This document shows positions 24,931 through 38,311 of a DNA stretch of 64,000 bases, one piece after another. Source of the DNA: Octopus vulgaris (lineage: Eukaryota); contig OX597823.1 of the NCBI GenBank assembly GCA_951406725.2, positions 25,730,001-25,794,000 of the forward strand, written 5' to 3'. The notes beneath the pieces are model-generated. The model made no database searches. It saw only the letters and a program-made list of their open reading frames with translations, and was not told the origin of the DNA. Position numbers and translations under genes: made by a program. Position 1 is the first letter of the stretch. Every line of letters begins with the position of its first letter.

Positions 24931-25499
24931 TGCTGACGTTACAAGAAAAGGTTGGTGGGCCCTACATCAACTGTACAAAACGCTGCGATCTATGAATCTA
25001 TGCATAGCCGAACGCACGAGAATCCTAAAATTCACTAAAGAGAACCAGGCACTATACTAAACTGCAGAACTGAGATTTTCGGGCCATGTTTGCATTTTAG
25101 GACATTTCTGCTGGCATTTTGGGAACCGCAAGGTTGCGGCACAGCCGGAAGTTGGTAGTTAACGGGAGAGAGAGAGATAATCCCTTATTGTTTACCCTAT
25201 AGCTGAATGATGTCGGTACGGGCGGAAGTCGATAGCCATTAGCAAAGGGATACAACCTCCACCTTGTTTACATCTGCCTTTCTACTGAAACTTCTCTTCA
25301 GGTTTTGGGTTCTGACAAAACGCCATAAGTTTAAACCATTTATGGACGGGAAACACAGAGTAACCCCATAAACCGGACTTCATCAGAAAAAAAATTATAT
25401 ATCTATAGTAATACGTAATTGTAAGATCCAAAGATGTGTTGTGTGTGCGTGTGTGTGTATGTATGTATGTATGTATAAAGGAAAATTCAGTTGGCTTAC

Positions 25500-25595
25500 C
25501 ATTTTTTTGACCATTTGTGGAGCCAATACATTCATGAATGGATAAACACCAAACAGCAAGCTCATTAAAGTATTGTTTATTCCACGAAGTTTAGC
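25500..25595 (-). CDS. SLC18B1: SLC18B1-like MFS transporter, coding exon 2
   Basis: tttttccttcAG|...|GTaagc; 96 nt; AKLRGINNTLMSLLFGVYPFMNVLAPQMVKKM resembles the SLC18B1 'AxxKG..GxIFG' TM2 segment. Confidence 0.88.
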
Positions 25596-27120
25596 CTGAA
25601 GGAAAAAATATCCATTTGGTTCGTTAAATCTGATCAGTTATAGAGGTGTAATGGTGCATTATTGTAGGGACAAGTCCACGTATTTTGTAGGAAGAATACA
25701 GTCGTTTAACTTAAACCCTAGTGCTTGACTAGAACTGATTTTACTTATATCCATAGAATGAAAGACAAATTCCTCTCCACTCCGTTACAACAACTAAATA
25801 CAGCCAATCTGTCTGCCTTTTTAACATACCCCACTCTTTTCTTAATCCCAATAACAACTGCTACTGAGCAAGAAATTAAGCGATGGTAAACAGAGTTCGT
25901 GACACGGTTTCCGCTCTTAGTTGATATATTTTGCTTATCCCAACAAATGCCATTGAGAAAGGCTTAGAAGTTACATAATCTAATGTTTTATAGTAAATTG
26001 ACGATCATTGTCTCAAATAAAAAGTTAATATTTTCGCCATTAATCACAGGTGGAAAGCTACAAATCCAAAATCATTCTAGATTTTAGTCGCAGTGCCTTG
26101 AACGGCGGTGTTGTCAGACATAGTATTCAATATTTAGTCATGTCTTTTAGGTTCTGTGTTCAAAGCCCACTTGTAATTGGCACAGCTTTTCGTCCATGCA
26201 GGGTGCCTATACAATAGTTATACTAGTTATATACTGAGGTCAACAGGCACACCCAAATTTTCCCTTCAATTTTAATCACTACAGTTTGTGTTTCGTATGA
26301 AATTAATATTTTTTTTTAAATATGGCCATCACCACTGTATGAAATGTTTTCGGTTCCTGTCAGCGCCTTCCCGAGATTTAGGTTCAATTCCTAGTTGCAC
26401 CTATTTTACTTTACTTCTCCAACATCGTTAATGTCCAAGAGAAGGACATAAGTATCACTCTGTTTTATATTTGTTCTGATTTTAACTTTTCTAGCTGATG
26501 TTCTTTCTCCCATAAAATTAGTAAACTTGTTTCATATCTTCTTCATTTTGATTTTTCTTTAATAAATGTATAAAAATGTATATATGTTTTATTTAAGGCA
26601 TAATAAATAAATGAAACATGTAGATCGCATACTAAAGTAGAATTTGACTCTTGTAGATCACGTTGGTTACGTAGATCACATACCTAAGTAGCACCCAAAG
26701 TTTGATTGTTTTTTTTTCTTCTTTTGTATACCTTTCATTTTTGCATTAATTCCTCCAAAGCAGGAGTTGAACTCATTACTATAACCTGTGGAAAGAAACA
26801 TTTGTCAACAGTTATGGCGCTGCTGCTGATTCTAAACAGCATGAAGTTGTTCCCATCCTTGATAACTGTTATCAGCTTTCTGAAAAATAAACATACTCCT
26901 GACCTCTTCAAAATCACAATTATCAATCTACAAAGTCTCATTGTATTTGAACAGTTTCACAAGTTCATAAGTATCCGGTCGGTTCATAAGTATCGGTTGC
27001 AAATATTAGACTTAATAAAGCCGCGATCTATGGTGAAAATAGATTTTTATCAGTGTTAAGTGATTTCACAACACTGTGACCAAATTCTTCTGTGAACGGA
27101 CGTTGAAAATTATTGTCTGA

Positions 27121-28617
27121 CTAGCTTAAGGTGACCCGCTCTACGCGCGGGTAAGAGTGTGGTTGTTACTTTCTGATGCTTCCTTTCTGTTTTTTATCAC
27201 CATATTCTCCCTCTTTGTTTCACTCTCCTTTCTCTCACTTTCCCGCTCTCTTACTCTTCCTTTCTCTCGGACTCTCCCTCGCTTTCTCTTACACTCTAAC
27301 TTTCTCTCTCCCATTTATAAACAACAAAAGATCTTGAGTAAGTTAAGAAAGAAAATATTTTGAAAGATCAATCATAAATATCAGGCAGTGACAACGGAAA
27401 CGTCTGCTTCAAGGCAAACAGCAAAACACTAACATTTAAAAGGGACAGACGAACTTGCGAGCTGAATAAAAATTTTAAAGTTTGAAGGGATAGAATCTGA
27501 GGATAGTAGAGTCACCATGGCTGGTATTTCTTAACGACGGACAGCAACGTAGTGGCAGTTTAACGGCTGGCGTAAAATTTTGAACTTGATGTAAAAGAAA
27601 ATTCCTAAACACCAAGTTTTGAAGTGATTCTTTCTCACGACAGTAGACACACCATGGCAAGCATTCAAAACTTCTTCATGATGGACGGCAACACATTGAA
27701 GATTTAAAGGCTGGCGCAAATTTTTTAGCTTGATGTAACAGAATTCCTAAACACCCGCTCCTGTAAATTTTAATCCCTTTCCAGCCCCATTTAGACCCCT
27801 TTTCACATTTTGGTTAATATAACCTGATTTCATTTGGGTCTACTCGGGCTACATTTTATAAGATGAGGAATTTTGTCCTAGAGGTCACGCCTTTCATTTG
27901 AAGAAAAAAATAGTTGCCATGCAAAGTCGCCAGCACTTCTAACATAGGTGTGCATATTTTCAGCTCAACCGACCACATAATGCACACATTATATATATAT
28001 ATATATGTATACTATATATATATATATATATATATACGCATTATATATACAAATGTATACTATATATATGCATATATATATATGTATAAATACAGATATA
28101 TACACTTTGTATATATACATTATGTATACATATTTATATATAGAACACACACACACACATATAAATTAACCCAATAAATATCCGATTCATAATATTTGTT
28201 CTCATGATTCTGTTGTGGTGGTGGCGATAATAATTCTCTCTATAAATGCAGACAGACGTAGAGAGAATGGGGATGTGGGCGAAAGAGTGAAGGCGGCGAG
28301 GGAAAGATAGTAGGCGCTGTCAAACGACGTTATAGAGAGAAAGTGAAAGGAAGGGAGGAAAGAGAGAGAGAGAGAGAGACGGAGGAAGACAGGCAGATAA
28401 GAGAATGAAGGAAGACTTGTCAAAGTGTGCGATTTTTGCCCCAGTAACCACACCTTTTAAGATAGGGATTTCTAACCTAGCCCACTCATATCTTCACCTC
28501 ATTTTACATGTCCCTGTAAATTTTGGAGTCAATCCGACGGGATCTAGTACCCTTTAACCCGTTCCAATGCCAAAAACCAGACAAACAAACAAACTTTTTG
28601 CATTTCAGATTTATAGA
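27121..28617 (-). mobile_element. Non-autonomous Helitron, copy 1
   Basis: Minus strand starts A|TC at 28617 and ends with hairpin ACCCGC-gcgtaga-GCGGGT plus CTAG|T at 27121; contains an inserted segment with an internal ~135-bp duplication. Confidence 0.75.
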
Positions 28618-28623
28618 TATTGA

Positions 28624-29469
28624 CTAGCTTAAGGTGACCCGCTCTATGCGCGGGTGAGGTTGTGGTTGTTACTTTTTGTTGCTTCCTTTCTTATCACCAC
28701 ATTCTCCCTCTTTTTTTCTCTCTCCTTTCTCTCTCACCTTCCCACTCTCTTACTCTTCATTTCTCTCGGACTTTCCCTCGCTTTCTCTTACTCTCTATCT
28801 TTCTCTATTTATCTCTCTCCCATTTATAAACAACAAAATATCTTGAGTAAGTTGAGAAAGAAAATATTTTTACGCTTTTTAAACCCTTCGTCGTTATTCT
28901 CATTTACTCATTATTACTTTCTCTCTATAACATCGTTTGATAGCGTCTACTATCTTTCCTCTGCTGCCTTTGCCAGCGCTGTCACTATCTCTCTCTCTCT
29001 CTCTGCATTCATAGAGAGAATTATCATCGCCACCACCACCACACAATCATGAGAATCTTTCTCTATATATAGAGAGAGGGAGGGGGAAAGAGAAAGTAAT
29101 AATGAGTGAATGAGAATAACGACGAAGGGATTAAGAAGCGTAAAAATATTGAAGGCGGCGGAGGAAGGATAGTAGACGCTGTGAAACGACGTTAGAGAGA
29201 GACAGTGAAAGGAAGGGAGGAAAGAGAGGGAGATGGAGAAAGACAGGCAGATAAAAGAATGAGAGTAGACTTGTCAAAGTGTGCGTTTTTCGCCCTAGTA
29301 ACCACACCTTTTAAGATAGGAATTTCTATCTTAGCCCACTCTCATCCTCACCTCATTTTACATGTCCCTGTAAATTTTGGAGTCAATCCGACGGGATCTA
29401 GTGGCCTTTAACCCGTTCCAATGCCAAAACCAGACAAACTTTTCGCATTTCAGAATTATAATATAGAGA
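28624..29469 (-). mobile_element. Non-autonomous Helitron, copy 2 (tandem to copy 1)
   Basis: Same hairpin+CTAG 3' end at 28624 and homologous 5' region; internal inverted segments. Confidence 0.75.
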
Positions 29470-30537
29470 TGTGATATTTGGTGAGAATAAAATATATTGT
29501 CCAAAGAACACAACAGTGTTGATCGAACCAATGAGGGAGCTACATTCAGAACAACAATCTCTAATGTACCTGCGTCTTTTTAAAAAGTCGGACGAAATCG
29601 GTGGAGCTTCGGTTCGGCAACGGAACACGGCGATCGATTCAGCCACCTGTTGTACGCTCTCTCCTCCATAGTTGTCAGAGAAGACTTCAAAGTGCAACGA
29701 TCAACATGAGCATAGTTGTTCCTTTCCAGTTGACAACGGTTTAGCCGTACAGCGGGTACGATCTCGACTATGAGCACGAACGCGAGCTGACAACCAAGCT
29801 CGGGTACCACCACGAATACGAGCACGAACACGGCCATGCACAATCCCACGAAGACGGTCGCGAAGACAGCCGCGAAGTCGGCTGCGAAGACGGTCATGAT
29901 CACAACGCCGAACGCCCGGTAGCTGACGACAAACGTATAACACACAAACACTCACACCCGCGCTGGAATTGTCGACCGACATGCAGCTCGCCGGCAAGCG
30001 GACGGGATCGCTGGAGCTTCCGCTAGGCGGGGGAATACGGCGATCGATGTGGTTTCAGAGAAATTTGCAATAATTTGTTGAAGGTCATGTGATCATAGAT
30101 TATTGCAACTGAAACAATTTTCACCATAGGTCTGCTGAATCAGGATTGACTTGGAGCTTAACAACGGCAGCAACAACTCAGTGCTGGTGATAGAGCGTGA
30201 ATAACACACTTCTTCACTGGCTATTGTTCTTATTTAATCCCAGTTCAGCTCAGCTTCGACATATCAATGACCGAAAATCTTTCAACCATTATCAACACAT
30301 CTTTTTTCCAGACAGTGAGTCAAGAACTACATTATCCAAAACAGCCTTTCTTGACGTTGTAATTGTTTTTGCTGTTGTTTAACCCCGGTTAATTCTTTGA
30401 CGCAGTAGATCAAAACTGTTCTTACTGTAGTTCTAACTGTAGCCATCACAGCATTTATTAAGATATGGCTTTTCTGTCTGAATAAAAGATGTAAGGATAT
30501 CCAATATATCTTTACATCTGTTTTTCTCAAGATAATA

Positions 30538-31767
30538 CGAGGGTCGGCTGAAAAGTTCATAGTCTGACCAAGATGCTCGCATGGAATGTGACCAAATGAG
30601 ATTTCTTCTATCAGTGTTGCAGTGCTTGGATGCCATTGGTGAAGAACCTTTCATCTGTTAGTCAAAAAAGTTGGCAGCAGCAGATATGACGTCATCATTA
30701 CTGCAATATTGGTTTCCAACCAAGTGTTTTTTTTTTTTATATTGGGGGACAGATGATAAATCAGATGGGGCCAAATTAGAAGAATAAGGAAGCCGATCAA
30801 CCAGGTCAAAGCCACAGTCGCGTACAACATCCATTGAAATCATGTACTTGTATGCTGGAGCATTGACATTGGGAAGCCAGACCTCTTTCTTCAGTTTTTC
30901 TGGCTATTAGATCTTGATAGCTCTTCGTAACTGCTTCAGCAAGTTGGCATAGTACTTTTCTTTGATGGTGTGGCTCTTTAGAAGACAGTTAAGAAACACA
31001 ATGTCTTTTGCATCCTCAAAATCTGATACCATCATCTTGCCTGCAGATGAAACACCCTTGGCCTTCTTTGGAGCAGGTGAGGATTGATGTTTTCACTGCA
31101 CAGATTATCTCTCTGTCTCTGGTTCAAAGTAATAAAGCCAACACTCATCCTGTGTTAGGAAACGTTTAAGAAAACCAGCTGGATCTGCCTCACACAATGT
31201 GAAATTTTCCCGTGATGTGATCATATGTCAGAAGACACTTCGTCCTATCAAGTCATACCAAGTTTTGCAGAATATTCTCAACTCTCTCACAGAATATGTT
31301 AATAGCATTGATTATTTGATTCATAGTCAATTACTCGTCATCCGTCACCGTGTGGAGAACACGATCAATGTTTTCCTCAGTGGAGGTAGTTGCTAGACGT
31401 CCAGATCTTGGTTCATCTTCAAGAATGTCCCTTCTCCTCTTAAATTCGGCTGCTCACTTTTGCATTGTTGATAAAGCTGGAGCAAAATCCCCTAATGTAG
31501 CAACCATGTCAGCATGAATGTTGTTAGGGACAAAATCCTTTTTCTGCAGGTACTTGATAACACCACAATGCCAAATTGTGTCCATTTTCAAAAGAGGTTG
31601 CAACTAGTTGCTTTTGGAGCAGTCAAATGTCTTGTGCTGTGAGGTGCCACTTTATCTGGGTGAAAAATAATGCAGTTATTAAGAATTTAAATCAATGCAT
31701 GCAATATTTCACAACGCTAGCATCACGCCTTCATAGTCAGCCAATGAACACTTTTTACCCACCCTCG
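30538..31767 (-). mobile_element. Near full-length decayed mariner element
   Basis: TA|CGAGGGTCGGCTGAAAAG... and ...CTTTTTACCCACCCTCG|TA TIRs; transposase from ~31586 (MDTIWHCGVIKYLQKK), FLTQDECWLYYFEPET, LPYSSNLAPSD. Confidence 0.9.
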
Positions 31768-32016
31768 TAGAGTATGACGTCAGGCAATTTTGATTACTAT
31801 TAGTAACAGAACACCAGACCACATAAATGTATGCATTTGGGGCAGATTGTCTAGAATGTAAATGATGACACATTTTTGACTGATTGTTCAGTATACTATA
31901 ATTTCTGACATCGTCTTCATAGTCACTGTTATTAAGAGAGAAGATACATTTAGGAGCAATATTTAGGGAATGAATATACATTGAGAAAATGAAGATATTT
32001 TAATAAGGTTACCTAC

Positions 32017-32196
32017 CTCAACTGGATAGCTAACTTCTAGTAGAGGGAACACCGAAGCGGATAAATAACGCGATAGCAACAGTGCCGTTATAAGCAATTT
32101 TTGTTGAGAAGCAATTTTCTTTGGTGTGTCAGATATTTCGTTGGTTGCTGAATCATTATTGTCTGGTACCTCCTCCGAATTCCTCATGATCTCCAT
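32017..32196 (-). CDS. SLC18B1: SLC18B1-like MFS transporter, coding exon 1
   Basis: ATG at 32196; MEIMRNSEEV...LLITALLLSRYLSASVFPLLEVSYPVE (60 codons, TM1-like) then GTAGGT donor; phase 0 joins next exon. Confidence 0.8.
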
Positions 32197-32229
32197 ATTG
32201 CTAGGGATTTTACTCTCTGTCTGTCTGTC

Positions 32230-32260
<31 letters not shown>

Positions 32261-32937
32261 TCCTCGTTCTCTCTCTCTCTCTCTCTCTCTCTTTGTTTCC
32301 CTCGTTCTCTCTTTTTCTATTGCTCTGTCCCCTTCGTTCACTGTAACTCTATCACACTGTCTCTTCTCACAGTCCCACTCTTGCACTGTCCCCTTTCTCA
32401 CCGTTTCTCCTATTCACTGTCCCTCTTTCGCACTGTTCCCCTTTATCACTGTCCTTCCCTCTCTGGCTCTGATCTTTTCTGTTGCTGCATCCCCTCTCAC
32501 TAACTCCCTCTCTCACTATTCCCACACCCACACTGTTCCTTTCTCTCACTGTCCTTTCCTCTCACTATCTTACTGTACCGTTCTCTTGCTGTTTCTTCTT
32601 TCACTAACCATCTCTTACTTTTCCCTCTCCCACTATAACCTTACATGTCCTCCTCTCACTCCCACACTTCCTCAGCTTCCTTCATTGTCTCTCTGTGCCA
32701 AAGAAATAAAGAAATATTGAAAGCCTGTGAGACATACATAAATCAGTACATCGTTCTTAACAACAATAAAATCATGAACAGTAACAACAATCGAGAGAGA
32801 TCCTATGTGATTGCTCACATTGAAATAAAATATCCTTCAAATCGTCATATAGAAAAAAGAATAGTTGTCTGTGGAATACTCAGCCACTTTACACGCTAAT
32901 CAATATATAATATGCTATATGTATGTATGTATGTATG

Positions 32938-32984
<47 letters not shown>

Positions 32985-32987
<3 letters not shown>

Positions 32988-35900
32988 AGTTCTCTAAATA
33001 TAAATCCCTTCCAAAAACAACTTTCCCAAACTATAAAACGGATCACTTCATCACCTAAATTGTTGCACGTCTTCTCAGATAAAATGGAAATTTTGTATCC
33101 TATTACTATCGAGGGATACACCAAATTCATCAAGAAGGAACTATACAAGTCTTATAAGCTGGCACCGACATCTACCCTTGACAATATCGACACCAACCAA
33201 TGTAAGCTTATGAACAAATTACACGTGTCCGATCGCAAAGAATTCAACTGCCCTACATCTCCACACTTCAACCTTAAGGATCATAACAATGACTTCATAA
33301 CTAAACCATCTATACGCCTCATATACCCTACTAAATCCAACCTAGGAAGCATAAATCAAAAATATTCTAGCTAAAATAATACCAATCGTCAAAGGGAAAT
33401 TGAACGTCAACTTATGGTCCTGTACAGGTGTAGTCATAACATGGTTTCATCTCTTAAGCAACAAAGACTCTTCTTTCCTACAGTTCGATATAAATAATTA
33501 CTATTCTTCTATTTCTTCCAAACTTCTTAATCAATCTCTCCTAGCTAGGAATCTAACTAACCTAACCCCACTAGAAATTAACATAATTCTTAATGCCCGT
33601 AAAACACTTATTTCTTTTGAGGACAAACCCTGGTGCCGGATCAACCGCTATAACAATAACCATAACAAATTATTTAACTTTACTATGGGATCATCCGACT
33701 CTGCCCAAGTAACCGTCTTCGTTGTGCTATACATACTCCACTGGCTCCGAATACATTTCCCTAAGATCAAGGGAGGCCTCTACAGAGATGACGCTTTGCT
33801 AGTCACCAAGGGCGTTAATAAATCCTCTTTAGAACTAGTTAGGTAAGATCTACACAATTTTTTTTCTAACATCAACCTATCTATTACTTTTGAAAATTCT
33901 CACAAAAAAATGTTTAGACATACCTTTAAACTTAGAAACCTACCAATACTCCCCATATAATGAACCTAACGAAGACCTTAAGTACTTAAACATTAACTCC
34001 AATCACAACCAATCTATCTTTGATAATATAGTTAAGGGTATCTCGATTCGTATATCTGACCTCTCATCTACTCAGGAAATATTCAATAACTACGTCCCAT
34101 ATTACAACCAAGCGCTTGCTGCCAGCGGCTTCTCCCAACAAATAAAATACATCTCTAATACTAGGCTCAAGCTACATATATCTCAAATAATTTCATAACG
34201 ACATACCAACCATCAGAATCCCACCAGACCACCCATAGGCTATACTGGAACCCCGGGAGAACCCAGATTAAGAAAACTTAGTCTCCACACGCACAAATAT
34301 AACACTAGGTCAAAATCTAAACCAACTAACAATAACGGACCATATTACGCCCCTCTAATTTCTAAAAATATAGATTACACTACCCCTAAGTAGCCACAAA
34401 AAGCAGTCGACGCTCTACTCTATTGTATACACCACCCCCGCCTTCTCACTAAACGTTAAGAACTTAGTTAAATCCTTTTTTAATATACTGGAACCCAACT
34501 TCTCGCGTCAGCATAAATATTACTCTACCTTTAATAGATCTACCTTAAAGCTATCCTATTCCTCCCCACCCAACATTTAGTCTATTATAACAGCCTCTAA
34601 TAGACGAAAACTTTCTATTATCAAACGTTAAACTGTAACAATTTTGAATACACGATCACCCAACATATACATAGCTCCAATATCGAACCCCATGCTTTAG
34701 ATCACAACGAAAACCCCACTAACACTAACCAGAATATTATTACAGATAGGATAAATAACAACAACGATAGAAATAGTAATAATAATAGTAATAATAATGT
34801 TAATAACATAGACCAATCTACCTCCATTTCTAACCTCTCCTTAGACAGTATTACCTCCTCCATTCATGAGGACCATCTGCCCTCTGCAAACAAATTACAG
34901 AAGGTCTAACGTAATTTATAAATGCACCGACCACAACACGTCACGCAATTCTACAACTGTATATATAGGGTCAACTATAAATTTTAAACAGCGATACGCT
35001 GTGCATCTCAATTCTTTTATATATAAGAAACGTAGTAAATCCACAACACTCGCCAGTCACATACATCATCTCAAAAATAGAAATATTCCATACATCTCGT
35101 CATGGTATATAATAGATTCAAGTCTTCCATATCAAGATCAACGTTCAGCCTGTAAGTTATACCTAAAAGAAGCATTCCACATATTAAAACACAACTCTTC
35201 AATACTACTAAATAAATGTAATAAAGCCCTAGGTACATGCAACCAACACTGTTTTCATTATCTTCAAATTTTACCACAAATCTAAATGCAACCTAAATCA
35301 TCACAGTATATATCTCGATCACCCCTGGGTAAAACTCCAGCAAACCTTTTTGATTTCACATTGTCTCCGTTTTTAATTTTTTAACTCTCCATTCGTACTT
35401 TTTAATTGTTTGATAATACATATGTGGATATATCTGTGTTTACATGTGTATGTATGTTTATGTGTGCGTATGTCCGCATGTGTTTGTGTCTATACATATA
35501 TCTATGGGTGGGTGGGGGGTGCATGTATATATATGCATATATGCGTATGAGTTTAAGTACATAACTATGCGGGTCTATATAACAGTGCATATACACACGT
35601 ATACATATGTATGTGCACGCGCGTGTATATCAATATACACTTCTTTTTTTCTCACTCTGATTCCTCAGGCCCCACTATCACATTAGCTAGTACAATAAAC
35701 AACTCCTATTTTTAGAAACTTAACCACTATATCTTATTTTTCCCTTCCTCTTTGAGGTTTGCTACTCACTTTAGTAACCCCCTGTACCATTCTCTGTACC
35801 CATCCCTCCACCTTAGTACCTTTCAAACATATCACCCCACCACTACTCCTCACACATATTCATTCCTTACGTTCTTATCTCTTCCTATCCCTCCCCCTAC

Positions 35901-36410
35901 TCTTCTCTGATCCCCTCATAATATCTTGACCACCAACTAACATTCCTTTTATTTTCTCTTTCGCTTTCTTTCCTCGCCTATTCCTTTTGACCATTCTCCT
36001 CATTTTAACATACTCATCTTTTCTCTCCTCTCTACTTAATACTAACACTACATTCTCAAAATTTTACTCACACGGAATCTACGTCTCCGCACTTTCCATT
36101 TATAATGTCAAACTATGAACTCCTATCAGAATTTATATGACACGGACAAGAAACATTTCTATCATTTCTACACACCACTTTCCTTGGATAACGGAACTGC
36201 AACTATAACATCTTACATATATTTTAAAAACTTTTATTTTCTTATTTCTCTTTATACTTCTTATTTCCATCCTACTATTTCCCTCTATTTAACCATCTCA
36301 CATCGTCTCTGATCAAGGGATATCCCTAATATTCCAGAAACAGCTGTAAGACTAACTTTCTCTTTATAAATGTCCTGAAAATTCCACACAGCCTTGGCTT
36401 TGTCTCATTT
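32985..36410 (+). mobile_element. Penelope-like element (RT + GIY-YIG), disrupted, with 3' pseudo-LTR
   Basis: FLQFDINNYYSSIS, MGSSDSAQV, GGLYRDDAL (33400-33846); thumb YLNINSNH; GIY-YIG VIYKC...VYIGST.NFKQRY (34866-35285). Confidence 0.9.
36305..36352 (+). ncRNA. PLE pseudo-LTR hammerhead motif, core point-mutated
   Basis: GUCU-CUGAUCA-..stem II..-GAAA-CAGCUG-UA^AGAC; stem I GUCU/AGAC; core G8 replaced by C. Confidence 0.65.
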
Positions 36411-36959
36411 TATTTAACACACACACTCACAAACATTCACACACACACTCACAAACATTCACACATACACACATTCTACGTTATTCGATATGAGCTCTTA
36501 TTAATGGCCAGTCATTCCGTTTATTTTTGTATTCAAGAGTTCATCCTTCTGTTCTCTTTGTCATAATGCTCATCTAATGCTTTTATGTTCATACATTCTG
36601 ATGATCAAATTGATTTTCTCCTTTTTCTCATTGGTAAATCTAATCAATATGTGTCATCAATATATATTTAATACGCTATATGTATTTGTAGACAGGCTAA
36701 TTCCATTATTAATTATTCTATTTCCACTATACTCCACTATTACCTTTTATATTCAAATTACTAACAGGTACCATGTATCAGCTTTAGCCTATTTACATAT
36801 TACACTGTGCGTATGTATTTCTTGCTTTAAGCAGAACAAAATTCAATGCATACTGACCAAAAAGCAGTATTCAAGTGGATGAATACGCTTGTAAGTGAAA
36901 CCAAAAGCCAAATTACATAGGCAGAATCAGCAACCTCCAGCACCGTCTATTTGCTTCAA

Positions 36960-38180
36960 TTCAACATGCCAGTCTGAAACCTGCAAGTGAACGTTAACAA
37001 GGCATCTTAGACCGCCTTCTTTTGCTGCTTATTTCTTTATAATGTCTTGAGAATATTGACACTTTTTTCTTTTAACCTGTAGAAAAGAAACAATGATATA
37101 TTGAAAGAAACCTCAAATGCGGAGCATAACTGTAAAACAAAATATAAAACTATAAAACACAGAGCCAGAAATACGGTAAAAAAATCTGTGAAAAATATTT
37201 GACAATACTTTAATGGAGTTAAGAATGCAGAGAATGAAATTTACTTGGACTGCGAACTAAAGAAGATAGCATCTTTCCTCAAATGAAAATTTTAGCAGCA
37301 TGGATTAGCAATGAAGTGCAAATATCAAACTTGCCTACTACCTACACTACAGTTTTTACAAATGCCTTGTCCATGTTTTCAATTCTAAATGACATAAAAG
37401 AAAATTGTAAAGGAAATTTGCTGCAACCTGCATAGTTAGACCACTGTAGATTTGCTGCAAATTAAAGTATTATAAGAAGCAAGCAGGTTGGCATAAAATA
37501 ATGTTACATTGTGAAGCGTGTAGCGCAGATGATGAAGTGGCAAATTCTTTACCCTAAAAATTAGAATAAATTATTAAAAAAGAAAAATTACATGCCAGCT
37601 GATATTGTCAACATGGATGCGACAATTTTTGGAAAAGATTACACATAAGGAGCTACATTGAGAAGAATTATCATTGCCTGGGTTTTAAATTATGAAGGAT
37701 CGCTTTTCTTTAGTATTTGGTGGCAATGCAAGTGAAAACCACAAACTCAAACACTGCTTGTTTATAGGGGTGAAAATCCAAAAGCCCTAAAAATATCACG
37801 AAAGGTAATCCTCCAGTCACATGGAAATCCAATGAAAAGGTCTGGATTACAAATTCACTTTTTAGATATCTGCTTTTCATTGAGGAAAAATAAGTCTCCC
37901 AAAAGTGAAGCCGAATTCCTTGAGATAAAACAAACTTGTGAGAACAAAAAACAAATTCCATTTTCGACATTATACCAGAGAACACTCATCGTCCAAATGT
38001 TCTGTTATTTTTTATTGATTTCGCTGCAAACACAACGTCACCTCTTCAGCCTATGAACCAGAGGATTACTTCAACTTTTAAGACATTTTATTTAGAAAAA
38101 TTCATTTGAAATTCTTATTAAACCCACCGATTGCGAAAGAGGACCTAATTTTGGAAACGTTTTAATGTTTTAAATACAAT
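36960..38180 (+). mobile_element. Decayed Tigger/pogo-like transposase
   Basis: Scattered CENP-B HTH / DDE_1-like peptides (NMDAT.FWK, NTTSPLQPMNQ.I.STFK.FYL) with many frameshifts. Confidence 0.6.
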
Positions 38181-38185
38181 CGGAC

Positions 38186-38249
38186 TAGAATCTGATGAGT
38201 CGTCTGCGAGGCTACGCCCTTCTTTGGTGCGAAACCATTGGTCGTTCTA
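38186..38249 (+). ncRNA. Type I hammerhead ribozyme motif
   Basis: UAGAAU-CUGAUGA-G...C-GAAA-CC(auu)GG-UC^GUUCUA; 6-bp stem I, intact core, GUC site; stem II weak. Confidence 0.6.
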
Positions 38250-38311
38250 CGACCAGACATTAACTTTTTTACTTTAATAATTTACTGCTCTATAATTCTA
38301 TATATATATAT

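Noticed and set aside
25306-25368. CTGACAA...GAAACACAGAGTA possible hammerhead near the PLE fragment
   Set aside because: Core G8 lost and stems imperfect; not supportable
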